Assembly: GCA_039630545.1 (NCBI GenBank)
Contig: JBCNUU010000002.1
Location: 190,382 to 254,381 of the forward strand
Source: Endomicrobiia bacterium
GTDB lineage: Bacteria; Elusimicrobiota; Endomicrobiia; DTEH01
Length of the DNA: 64,000 nucleotides
Direction: 5' to 3'
Made by a program: the position numbers and the translations under genes. Positions 32,577 through 41,477 of this stretch are shown piece by piece. A model generated the notes under the pieces. That model searched no databases, was not told the origin of the DNA, and was given only the letters and a program-made list of their open reading frames with translations. Numbering within the stretch: the stretch's first letter is position 1; the number at the start of each line of letters is the position of its first letter.

Positions 32577-32768
32577 ATGATGAAAGTAAAAATGTTAATT
32601 TTAGTTTTTCTTTTATCAGTGTTGATTTTCAATATAATCACTCAACCTATGCTTCTTTTTGCTGAAAGTTCTTCATCACAAACAGAAAAAAAAGAAACAG
32701 TTGAAATTGGAAAAACAGATCTCATTCTTATCTTGTTAGCTGTTATTCTTATAATTCTTATACTTTAA
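32577..32768 (+). CDS. Small protein: signal peptide, short polar segment, C-terminal hydrophobic helix
   Basis: Strong RBS AGGAAGGAGG; 63 aa; ends in LILILLAVILIILIL. Confidence 0.7.
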   Translation: MMKVKMLILVFLLSVLIFNIITQPMLLFAESSSSQTEKKETVEIGKTDLILILLAVILIILIL

Positions 32769-32822
32769 AAGTATTTTTTAATTTCAATGTTTCAATTTCA
32801 AATTTTTTGTTTACATTTAGAT

Positions 32823-32839
32823 TATAACAGGATAATACA
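32823..32839 (+). promoter_or_regulatory. Candidate operator (motif copy 3), TATAACA-GGA-TAATACA
   Basis: Upstream of the GH9 at 32863; same 10-bp-period direct repeat. Confidence 0.55.
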
Positions 32840-32862
32840 ACTAAATTATCTAAGGAGGAAAT

Positions 32863-35800
32863 GTGAAAAAGAATAGCAAACTTCTATTTTTATTTGTTTT
32901 TTATATTTTAATAAAAAGAAATATCTTTTCAGAGGAACTAATACTTCAAGCAGAAAAGACAAAAATACCTTCAAGACCTATAATAATTGATGAAACGGAA
33001 CCATTATATGGGACTTTAAATAAAGAATTTAATTTTAGAGCCAGAATAATTGAGACAGCTGACTCAGTAAAGGAAGTAAGCTTATATATTAATGATAAAA
33101 AATATGATGTAAAGCTTAAACCTTCAGGTTTTTATGAGTATCAAGTCAAAGGTTCTCAGTTAGGATATGGGATGCATTTTTATAAGTGGTATGTTGTTGA
33201 TAAAAAAGATAGGGTTGCTACTCCAGTATATGGAGTAATAAAAATTGCCTCTAATAGAATAAAAGTAAACCAGGTAGGATATAGAACAAAAGCAAAAAAA
33301 ATAGCTTTTATAACTTACAGTGACACAACAGACTGGACTGGTGAGGATGAAGGGGTTCCTCCTAAAAATTTTGCTAATAAATTTAAAGTAATCAATGCAA
33401 TTACTAAAAATCCAATTTATGAGGGTAGTCTAACTAAACCTAAATGGGACGAAAATTCATGGGATTATGTTCAAAAGGCAGATTTTAGCTCTGTAGTTAC
33501 ACCAGGGATTTATTATATTAAGGTTGAAGGCATAGGAGAATCGTGCTGGTTTTTAATAGACGATAACGTCTATTCTGATGTGGCAAAGACATTGATGAGG
33601 TCTTATTATCTTCAAAGATGTGGTGTATATATAAATGATTCTTTAAGTGGAGTATATCACAAAGCATGTCATCTATTTGATGCTTTATATTTTAACAGAG
33701 ATGATGCTCCTTCTAAAATGTGGGATGCAGGCACTCCGAATAAGCTGAACCCTGACGGTACTCCTGCGCTTGGAATTTCGCAAAAGGTGGTGCCATTAGG
33801 TTTCTTTAATGGAGGATGGCACGATGCAGGAGATTATAATAAATATGCTACAAGTGGTCTTTTTAGTTGTGCTGTTCTTCTTTGGTGTTATGAGAAGATG
33901 CCAGAAAAGTTTACAGATGGAGAGCTTGAAATTCCTGAATCAGGAAATGGTGTCCCTGATTTACTAGATGAGGTTAAGGTATATCTTGATTGGATACTTA
34001 AATGTCAAATTAAAGAAGGTGGTCTGGGACATCCATCTATTGGAATATACAAAGACAAAAAAGAAGTTGGTGCTGTATATCACAAAGTATCAACTTTTGA
34101 TTTTGGAGAATTTGTTCCTCCAGATCAAGAAGGCCTTCCCCGATATGTAGCAGGCATTACTACTACAGACGCTGCTCTTTTTGCAGGAGTAATGGCACAA
34201 GCAGCAAGAGTATATAAAAAATTTTACCCTTTATTTTCTCAAAAATACCTGGAAGCAGCAGAACTTGCCTGGAGGTGGTTAAAAACTAAAAAAGAAAATG
34301 ATCCAAAATGGATTGGAGGTGATGAAGGACAACAGCCTGAAAATATGAATACAGGTCCCTATGTAAGCAAAGCTGGAGATGTGGATGAAAGATTTTTTGC
34401 TGCTGTAGAGCTCTATAGAACAACAGGTAAACAGGAGTATGAAGATTATGTATTGTCTAAGTATGCAGATGAGAATAACTGGAAAACCGAGCTTGGTGCT
34501 CCAAGAGCTACTATTAGTGCATTTGATTGGGCTGATGTTCACACTATTGGTATGTGGCGATATTATGAGGTTCTTTTAACCAAAAAAGAACTTACAACAC
34601 AACAAAAAGAAGCAAAAGAATTTATAGAATCAAAAGCAAAAGAATACATGGATAGGATTCTTAAAATATACAGGGGAGAATATATTTATCCGGAAGGTCA
34701 TCCCCAAGAAGGAAAAAGATATGCAAATGAGTATAACATAGTACTATTAGGTGGCTACAAGTTTAAACCATATCATCCAACTAAACCAGATCATCAATGG
34801 CCACAAGATAATGAGTTTGTATGGGCTTCCAACAGAGTTATAACATCACATGGAATAAATTTGCTGATGCTTTATGAAGTTACTAAAAACAAAGAATTGT
34901 TGGAAATAGCAGAAGAACAAATTCATTATGTTCTTGGAAGAAATGCTGTAAACAAATGCTTCGTTACAGGAATAGGGTGGAATTATCCGTTTAAAACTCA
35001 CCATAGATATGTCCAACCCACAGGCATAATGATACCTGGCCTTGTAGTTGGTGGTTGTAATAGAGATGGAGCTGATTATACCAAACCCACTCAAACCTCA
35101 GCAATAGACAAAATAAAACCAGCTGGTGATCATGTTGAACTAACTCCACATCCATATGCAAGATTTAAACCCGTGCTTAAAACAAGAGGGGATGATATTT
35201 TCCCAGACATTCCACAAAATAAAGATTCAAATTATCCCTTACTTAAAAGTTACATAGATGAATGGAATGCATACGCCTCAAATGAATATGCTGTCGATTA
35301 TAATCCTGGTTTAATATTTTTAACCAAGTACTTTTCTTCACCTGCTTCTAAGAAGGAGTTAAGAGTAAAAATTCAACAACCTCAAGAAAATAGTTCACAT
35401 TTATTATCCGGTTTAACAATCAAAGCAGAAGTTATATCTTCTAATAAATTGCTTTTAGTTGAATATAACATAAATGGTGAAAAATGGAGAAGTTTAATAA
35501 ACACAAAAGGAAATGAGTATGAAGCTTTTTATAACGATGAAAGTGGACTTCCACTTAAAGAAAAAATATTAATAAGTGACTGTGAAATAAAAGATGTTAG
35601 AGCAAGAATTACTGATTTAGGTGGAGGATGGCTAGGTGCATATGGTGACGCAGGTGGTTCTATAGTTAATGGTAAAGATATGAAGGGAGAAGGAGGAGCT
35701 GCTTTGTTTGACTATGTAAATAGTAGACCAGATTCTTATAAACCTGGATCTGTGCTTTTTACCTGGGATTTTACTAAATTTAATCCCGCAAGGGTTCCAG

Positions 35801-36654
35801 CAGATAATCCTTCTGGTCCTTATGCATATGCTGGAAGTGGTTTTCAGATTGCACCAAGGCCTGGATATTATGATTGTAGAAAATTTAATGGAGTATCTGT
35901 GTGGATTTATGGAAGAGATGCTTCACCTGAAGTTGGAAAAGATGCTGTTGGGAATATGCTAAGAATTCAACTCAACGATTTTAATGATTTTAAAGGTCCA
36001 AAACAGGAAGGTGTTGAATACTGGGGGTATACTGTTTATGTAAGGCCTGGATGGAATCATTTTGTTGTTCCTTTTTACAAATTTAAAATTCCTGCATGGT
36101 GTACACCAAATAATGGAAGAGCAAATGAAGTTTTAGATTTAGACAAAATTCAAGCTGTGGAGTTTATTGCTTTAACTTCTGACCTTAAAGGAGAGGTTTC
36201 AATAGATGACTTAGAATTTTATATAGGTTACTTAGAGCCAACTTATGAACCTGATATTGAAGTACAAAAGATAGAAATATACGATAAAAACAATGAGTTA
36301 CTTCATTATATTCCAGCAAATCAAAAAGTTTATATTGTAGCAAAGGTAGTAAATTTAAATTCTGCGTGTTTTTTAAATGTAAGAGCAATTGATATTAAAG
36401 GTAATATTTCTTCAGACCAGATAATATTTCATAATATTAAAAAACCTGTTGAAAAAGTCAATGTAGCATTAGTTGTTGATGGGAAAGAAATAGATAAAAA
36501 AGAAGTGGATGTTAAAGCTGTAAAATTTGTAAAATTTGATTTTTCAACAGATGAAAAAGATGTAATAAAAGAAATTTCAGTAGTGGCATATAAATTACCT
36601 AAAGAAAAGATATATGAAAATAATACAAAAAAAGAGCAGATTGAGATAAGATAG
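32863..36654 (+). CDS. Secreted GH9, paralog of 22922..28876 (Ig, CelD-N, GH9, Ig/CBM11-like/CARDB-like), with no sorting-like CTD
   Basis: GTG start after AGGAGG; IKVNQVGY, GGWHDAGDYNKY, YASNEYAVDY; long near-identical blocks shared with the 1984-aa protein. Confidence 0.9.
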   Translation: MKKNSKLLFLFVFYILIKRNIFSEELILQAEKTKIPSRPIIIDETEPLYGTLNKEFNFRARIIETADSVKEVSLYINDKKYDVKLKPSGFYEYQVKGSQLGYGMHFYKWYVVDKKDRVATPVYGVIKIASNRIKVNQVGYRTKAKKIAFITYSDTTDWTGEDEGVPPKNFANKFKVINAITKNPIYEGSLTKPKWDENSWDYVQKADFSSVVTPGIYYIKVEGIGESCWFLIDDNVYSDVAKTLMRSYYLQRCGVYINDSLSGVYHKACHLFDALYFNRDDAPSKMWDAGTPNKLNPDGTPALGISQKVVPLGFFNGGWHDAGDYNKYATSGLFSCAVLLWCYEKMPEKFTDGELEIPESGNGVPDLLDEVKVYLDWILKCQIKEGGLGHPSIGIYKDKKEVGAVYHKVSTFDFGEFVPPDQEGLPRYVAGITTTDAALFAGVMAQAARVYKKFYPLFSQKYLEAAELAWRWLKTKKENDPKWIGGDEGQQPENMNTGPYVSKAGDVDERFFAAVELYRTTGKQEYEDYVLSKYADENNWKTELGAPRATISAFDWADVHTIGMWRYYEVLLTKKELTTQQKEAKEFIESKAKEYMDRILKIYRGEYIYPEGHPQEGKRYANEYNIVLLGGYKFKPYHPTKPDHQWPQDNEFVWASNRVITSHGINLLMLYEVTKNKELLEIAEEQIHYVLGRNAVNKCFVTGIGWNYPFKTHHRYVQPTGIMIPGLVVGGCNRDGADYTKPTQTSAIDKIKPAGDHVELTPHPYARFKPVLKTRGDDIFPDIPQNKDSNYPLLKSYIDEWNAYASNEYAVDYNPGLIFLTKYFSSPASKKELRVKIQQPQENSSHLLSGLTIKAEVISSNKLLLVEYNINGEKWRSLINTKGNEYEAFYNDESGLPLKEKILISDCEIKDVRARITDLGGGWLGAYGDAGGSIVNGKDMKGEGGAALFDYVNSRPDSYKPGSVLFTWDFTKFNPARVPADNPSGPYAYAGSGFQIAPRPGYYDCRKFNGVSVWIYGRDASPEVGKDAVGNMLRIQLNDFNDFKGPKQEGVEYWGYTVYVRPGWNHFVVPFYKFKIPAWCTPNNGRANEVLDLDKIQAVEFIALTSDLKGEVSIDDLEFYIGYLEPTYEPDIEVQKIEIYDKNNELLHYIPANQKVYIVAKVVNLNSACFLNVRAIDIKGNISSDQIIFHNIKKPVEKVNVALVVDGKEIDKKEVDVKAVKFVKFDFSTDEKDVIKEISVVAYKLPKEKIYENNTKKEQIEIR

Positions 36655-36661
36655 AGAAATA

Positions 36662-38935
36662 ATGTTTGTTAAATTTTTATTTATTTTAATTTGTTGTATT
36701 TTCATTTTATTTAAATATCTTGCTTCTTCTGAATTTATAAAGATAAACCAGCTTGGTTTTTTGCCCCACGAACAAAAAATTTTTTTTGTTTCAACTCACC
36801 CTGTGAGTTTAGAGTTTAAAGTTAAAAATCTAAATAATGAAACAGTATACCAAAGCACTTTAACTTATCGCGGATATGATTCATCTTCAGGTGATGAAAT
36901 TTATTCAGGAGATTTTTCAGCTTTATCTTTAAAAGGAACTTACTATATTGAAATACAAGGTTTAGAAAAATCGCATTTATTTACTATAAGTGAAGATGTG
37001 TATTTTGAGTTATTTATTAAATCATTAAGAGCATTTCTTTTACAAAGATGTGGTTGTGAGTTAAAAGAACCTGAACTTACCCATAAAGCTTGCCACACAA
37101 AAGACGGAGAGTTATTTTTGAGCGGTATGCCTTTTAAAGTTAACGCGGTTGGTGGTTGGCATGACGCTGGAGATTATGGTAAGTATATTGTTAATCTTGG
37201 TGTTTCTGTAGGTACTTTAATTCATATATATGAACTCTGCAAGGATAAATTTAAAGACAGACAACTTAATCTCCCAGATGTAGAAAGTTATGATAATGTT
37301 CCAGATATCTTAAACGAAGTAAAATATGGTATAAACTGGGTTTTCAGTATGCAAAATAAAAATACCGGTGGAGTTTACCATAAGCTCACAGCTAAAAATT
37401 TTGAACCATTAAATATTCTACCGGAAGAGGATTTTTCTGAAAGATACATTATTGATTTATCAAGAGGAACCACTTATTCTACAGAAACAACAGCAGCCAC
37501 AGGAAACTTTATTGGTATGCTTGCAGCTTTTTATAGAGTGTTTAAAGATTATGACTATGAATATGCTATAAAGTGTTTATCTTCTGCAATAAAAGCATGG
37601 GAGTTTTTAGAAAAAAATCCAGGTATAGTTCCTCCATATGGTTTTAGAAACCCGGAAGGGGTAGCTACTGGAGAGTATGGTGACAGCAACGATTCAGATG
37701 AAAGACTATGGGCTGCAGCTGAGCTTTTTCGTTCTACTTTAGAGAAAAAATATTCAGATTATTTTATCCAATATTATACTTCAATAAATTCTCCGCTTTC
37801 CTGGCAAAATTTAAAAAACTTAGCAGTTTACACATATTATTTTTCTTCTTCTGCAGATGAAAATATGAAACAAAGAATAAAAGAAGATGTTAAAAACTAC
37901 GCTGATTCTTTAATTTCAAGAATCCAAAACAACTGCTATAGTATAGTTTTAAGAAACACAGAATACTATTGGGGTTCAAATAGTGTATTGCTAAACTATG
38001 CTATTGATTTGATTTACGCATATGAGATAACAAGAGAGGAAAAATATAAAAAAGCTGCTTTAGAACAACTTCATTACATTTTGGGAAGAAACCCTACAGG
38101 TTACTGCTATGTAACAGGTATAGGTAAAAAATCTCCAAAAAATATTCATCATAGACCCTCAATAGCTATAAATAAGACAATTCCAGGTTTTCTTGTAGGT
38201 GGTCCTAACAGTCGTGGGAACGATCCTTTGCTTGCTGAATACATAAGGACTTACAACCCACCACCAGCAAAGTGTTATATTGATCACCAGGAAGCATATT
38301 CCTGTAATGAAATAGCGATAAACTGGAATGCACCTTTAGTTTTTTTGGTTGGATATTTTTTGCCGTATGAAAGTAGTAATATGACAGGTCCACCAATTGA
38401 TGTAGAATTAAAATTTCCTTCTAATAACTCAAAAGTTAGGGGCGAAATAAAATTAGATTTTACTATCCTTTGTAGCAGTGAAATAAAAAAAGTGGAGATA
38501 TGGTTAAACGATTATAAAGAGGTCACACTTTATTCAAATGTTTCAAATTATTTTTTGGATACAACTAAATATCCTGACGGAGTTTATTCTTTAAAAATAA
38601 AAGTAGAGGATATATTAGGCAATTATGTAGAAAAAAGTATCTTGATAGAAATTATCAACAAGTATTTTTCAAAATTTTCCAACAAGATGTTGTTAACATT
38701 GAACAATGATAATATAAATGACTCTGTAGATTTTTCAGATAATTCAAAATTAGAGATAAAACAAGTAAATATTTATGATACAAAGGGTTCTTTAGTAAAA
38801 AATATAAAAAAAGCACCATTTATATGGGATGGAAAAGATAACAAAAATAGAAAATTACCAAATGGAATTTATTTGTATTTAATTGAAACAAAAAATAACA
38901 GTACAATAAAAGGTATGATTGTTCTTGTAGATTGA
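36662..38935 (+). CDS. Secreted GH9 (CelD-N Ig, GH9, Big) with C-terminal sorting-like domain
   Basis: IKINQLGF, GGWHDAGDYGKY, YYWGSN, IHHRPS, YSCNEIAINWNA; tail IYDTKG...WDGKD...NGIYLY. Confidence 0.92.
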   Translation: MFVKFLFILICCIFILFKYLASSEFIKINQLGFLPHEQKIFFVSTHPVSLEFKVKNLNNETVYQSTLTYRGYDSSSGDEIYSGDFSALSLKGTYYIEIQGLEKSHLFTISEDVYFELFIKSLRAFLLQRCGCELKEPELTHKACHTKDGELFLSGMPFKVNAVGGWHDAGDYGKYIVNLGVSVGTLIHIYELCKDKFKDRQLNLPDVESYDNVPDILNEVKYGINWVFSMQNKNTGGVYHKLTAKNFEPLNILPEEDFSERYIIDLSRGTTYSTETTAATGNFIGMLAAFYRVFKDYDYEYAIKCLSSAIKAWEFLEKNPGIVPPYGFRNPEGVATGEYGDSNDSDERLWAAAELFRSTLEKKYSDYFIQYYTSINSPLSWQNLKNLAVYTYYFSSSADENMKQRIKEDVKNYADSLISRIQNNCYSIVLRNTEYYWGSNSVLLNYAIDLIYAYEITREEKYKKAALEQLHYILGRNPTGYCYVTGIGKKSPKNIHHRPSIAINKTIPGFLVGGPNSRGNDPLLAEYIRTYNPPPAKCYIDHQEAYSCNEIAINWNAPLVFLVGYFLPYESSNMTGPPIDVELKFPSNNSKVRGEIKLDFTILCSSEIKKVEIWLNDYKEVTLYSNVSNYFLDTTKYPDGVYSLKIKVEDILGNYVEKSILIEIINKYFSKFSNKMLLTLNNDNINDSVDFSDNSKLEIKQVNIYDTKGSLVKNIKKAPFIWDGKDNKNRKLPNGIYLYLIETKNNSTIKGMIVLVD

Positions 38936-39032
38936 TTATTAACTTTTTTAACTATTGAAATTTTAAATGTAATTTTATATTACTCTAAGCAGAATTAATC
39001 TCTTCGTTTTTATAAGGTTATTAACTTAAATT

Positions 39033-39075
39033 TGCTCTTTTCAAAATTATAAAAGCTCTCAATGTTCTTTTCAAA
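39033..39075. repeat. Direct repeat TG(C/T)TCTTTTCAAA x2 with a 30-bp period
   Basis: 39033-39045 and 39063-39075, one mismatch, in the leader of the repeat lipoprotein. Confidence 0.6.
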
Positions 39076-39091
39076 CACATAAAATTTTAAT

Positions 39092-40360
39092 ATGAAAAAA
39101 CAATATTTACTTTTAATTTCTTTTCTTCTTTTTGCATGCCCTCAGCAAGAAAAGTCCCCATCTGATAAAACTTCTACTCAAACTCAAGTATATTCTCTTA
39201 ATTTTATAGTTAATCCTTTAGGAAGTGGAAGTATTAAAGTTACTCCTGAGACACCGGGTTACAAATACTTAGCAGGTACTGCAGTTACTTTAGAAGCATC
39301 CCCTACCAGTGGCTGGAAGTTTTCTTACTGGAGTGGAGATGTGGCTAAAGATACATCAACTGTTATTGTTATTATAATGAACTCAGATAAGACCGTTATT
39401 GCTAATTTTACAAAAATTCAATCAACCTATACTCCAACTTATACATTAACTATAACTATACAACCTCCAGATGGAGGTGAAGTTGAAAAGACACCTGACC
39501 TGGTTTCGTATCAGGAAGGTACATCTGTTACGCTTCAAGCAATAAGTGCTACAGGTTATGTTTTTGTAAACTGGACAGGAGATATCCCAACAAATCTTCA
39601 AAATCAAAATCCTGTTACTATAACAATGAATTCTAACAAACAAATAACTGCAAACTTTCAAGAAATACCTCAAGGTGCTACCTACTATAGTTTAGAAATA
39701 TACATAGAACCCTCAGATGGAGGAACAGTTACAAAGACTCCAAATAAGCTCTATTATGAGCTAAATGAAGAAGTAACACTTAAAGCTTCTGCTTACGAAG
39801 GATTTTCTTTTGATGGTTGGAGTGGTAACTTATCCGGGAATCAAAATCCAGTTGTGATAAAGATTACAGGAAATTTAAGAATTACTGCTAATTTTTCAAG
39901 ATCTCAATATGTGCTTAATACTTCAGTTAATCCTCCTAACACCGGGCAGGTACATAAAAATCCAAACTATGAGTGGTATTATCCTCAAACAGAAGTTGAG
40001 CTTCGTGCTGTTCCGCTTCAAGGCTATAGGTTTGTAAGTTGGTCTGGAGATATTTCCGTAAGCACTAACCCAGTAATTATTGTAATGGATTCGGATAAGA
40101 ATATTACAGCTAACTTTGAAAAGATAAATCAAGAACAATATACTTTGATAATTCAACTTTCTCCTAATTCTGCTTCTCCTGATTGGGTGGAAAAAAAACC
40201 ATACAAGCCATTTTACAGCTATGGAGAACAAGTAACCTTACAAGCAAAACCTCCAAGTGGATGGAAGTTTGTAGGATGGGGAGGAGACATAAATACCACT
40301 GAGAATCCTGTAACTATAACTATTACCAAAAATACTACTGTAATAGCTTATTTTGAATAA
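39092..40360 (+). CDS. Lipoprotein made of five InlB-B/Flg_new-like repeats (non-catalytic)
   Basis: Lipobox LFAC; five ~75-aa repeats Y.L.....P...G.V...P....Y..G..VTL.A.P..G..F..W.GD.....NP..I.M..N..I.ANF. Confidence 0.85.
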   Translation: MKKQYLLLISFLLFACPQQEKSPSDKTSTQTQVYSLNFIVNPLGSGSIKVTPETPGYKYLAGTAVTLEASPTSGWKFSYWSGDVAKDTSTVIVIIMNSDKTVIANFTKIQSTYTPTYTLTITIQPPDGGEVEKTPDLVSYQEGTSVTLQAISATGYVFVNWTGDIPTNLQNQNPVTITMNSNKQITANFQEIPQGATYYSLEIYIEPSDGGTVTKTPNKLYYELNEEVTLKASAYEGFSFDGWSGNLSGNQNPVVIKITGNLRITANFSRSQYVLNTSVNPPNTGQVHKNPNYEWYYPQTEVELRAVPLQGYRFVSWSGDISVSTNPVIIVMDSDKNITANFEKINQEQYTLIIQLSPNSASPDWVEKKPYKPFYSYGEQVTLQAKPPSGWKFVGWGGDINTTENPVTITITKNTTVIAYFE

Positions 40361-40402
40361 TGTAAAATTAAATTTATAAAAAGATACAATTAATTAAATT
40401 AT

Positions 40403-40573
40403 ATGAAAAAATTCTTAAAGTACTTCTTATATATAGGTTTCTGTATTTATCTTATACTTATATTATACTTGATTTTTTTTGTAAAAATACCCTTGAATCT
40501 TAGAAACACTCTTATATATATAGGTGCAGGAGTTGCTGTATTGGTTTTAATAATAGAAATTTTCTGGAGTTAA
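40403..40573 (+). CDS. Small two-TM membrane protein (56 aa, below the ORF-track cutoff)
   Basis: Hand translation: MKKFLKYFLYIGFCIYLILILYLIFFVKIPLNLRNTLIYIGAGVAVLVLIIEIFWS*. Fills the gap exactly. Confidence 0.5.
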   Translation: MKKFLKYFLYIGFCIYLILILYLIFFVKIPLNLRNTLIYIGAGVAVLVLIIEIFWS

Positions 40574-40581
40574 CTTTTTTA

Positions 40582-41334
40582 TTATTTAATAGGTTCCCTG
40601 CAGATAGGACAAAATCTTTCTCCTTTTATTACCTCTGCTCCACAATTTTTACAGGTAGTAATTTCTTCCGAGACATCTGTTTGTTTTTCTATTTTTTTAG
40701 GAGTTGTAATTTCTGAAGATGTTGTTGGTGTTTTTTCCTGTGGAGTTTCTTGAGGGTGAGTCTCTGTTTTTGTAGAAGAAGCAGGTTTTGTTTCTTTTTT
40801 AGGTTTACTTAAAGGTGTAGTGGTTTGTTTTTTGTTTATTTCTTGTTTTATAATTTCAGGAGGTTCATCAGTAGCAGCCGGAGTTTCTTCAAACACAGAA
40901 ATTACAGATGAGGGAATTTTCCCATTGGATGATAAATCTTCATACTGAGTTAAAGCTTCTTCTTTAGAAGGTGCAGGTTCTTGCTGTTGGGTAGTTTCTT
41001 TCTTTGTAGTAGCAGGTGGTTGCTCTTTTAAGGAAGCCATTAAAACCCATCCAGAAACTCCTGCTGGTGTTTTTATTTTAACCCATTTATCTTGAACTTG
41101 AAGAACACCAACTTCTGTGTTTCTTTTTAATGTTCCTAAAATTTCAGAAGTTTCTGCTGGTTCTTTTTTAACATATACCAATCTTGGTTTTATATACATA
41201 ACTTTTATTATTGTTTCTTCAGGTTTTCCTTTAAACGGAGCAATTAACTTTTCTTTTAAAGTAGGATTGTTAATAATAGCAGATACTATATAAGTTATTG
41301 CTATTACAATTAGATAAGAAAAAATTTTTTTCAT
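40582..41334 (-). CDS. Membrane-anchored SH3b-domain protein with a P/T/E-rich linker and C-terminal zinc ribbon
   Basis: N-terminal hydrophobic helix; SH3b EILGTLKRNTEV...WVKI....GWV; CKNC..(10)..CPIC; GGAGG RBS on the minus strand. Confidence 0.8.
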   Translation of the reverse strand: MKKIFSYLIVIAITYIVSAIINNPTLKEKLIAPFKGKPEETIIKVMYIKPRLVYVKKEPAETSEILGTLKRNTEVGVLQVQDKWVKIKTPAGVSGWVLMASLKEQPPATTKKETTQQQEPAPSKEEALTQYEDLSSNGKIPSSVISVFEETPAATDEPPEIIKQEINKKQTTTPLSKPKKETKPASSTKTETHPQETPQEKTPTTSSEITTPKKIEKQTDVSEEITTCKNCGAEVIKGERFCPICREPIK

Positions 41335-41427
41335 ATCTTTTATTAAACCTCCACCATTAAATTGTTAAAAATAAAATAACAAATTTTTTTTAATAAAGCA
41401 ATACTTTTTAAATTTTTTTTTAAACAC

Positions 41428-41475
41428 TTGACAAATTTTTAAAGATTATGTAAACATTTACTGAAAACGATTACA
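41428..41475 (+). promoter_or_regulatory. lacI promoter (-35 TTGACA) with two tandem LacI-family operators
   Basis: TTGACA 41428-41433; TGTAAACATTTACT 41449-41462 and TGAAAACGATTACA 41462-41475 resemble the LacI/CcpA palindrome TGWAANCGNTNWCA. Confidence 0.7.
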
Positions 41476-41477
41476 AA

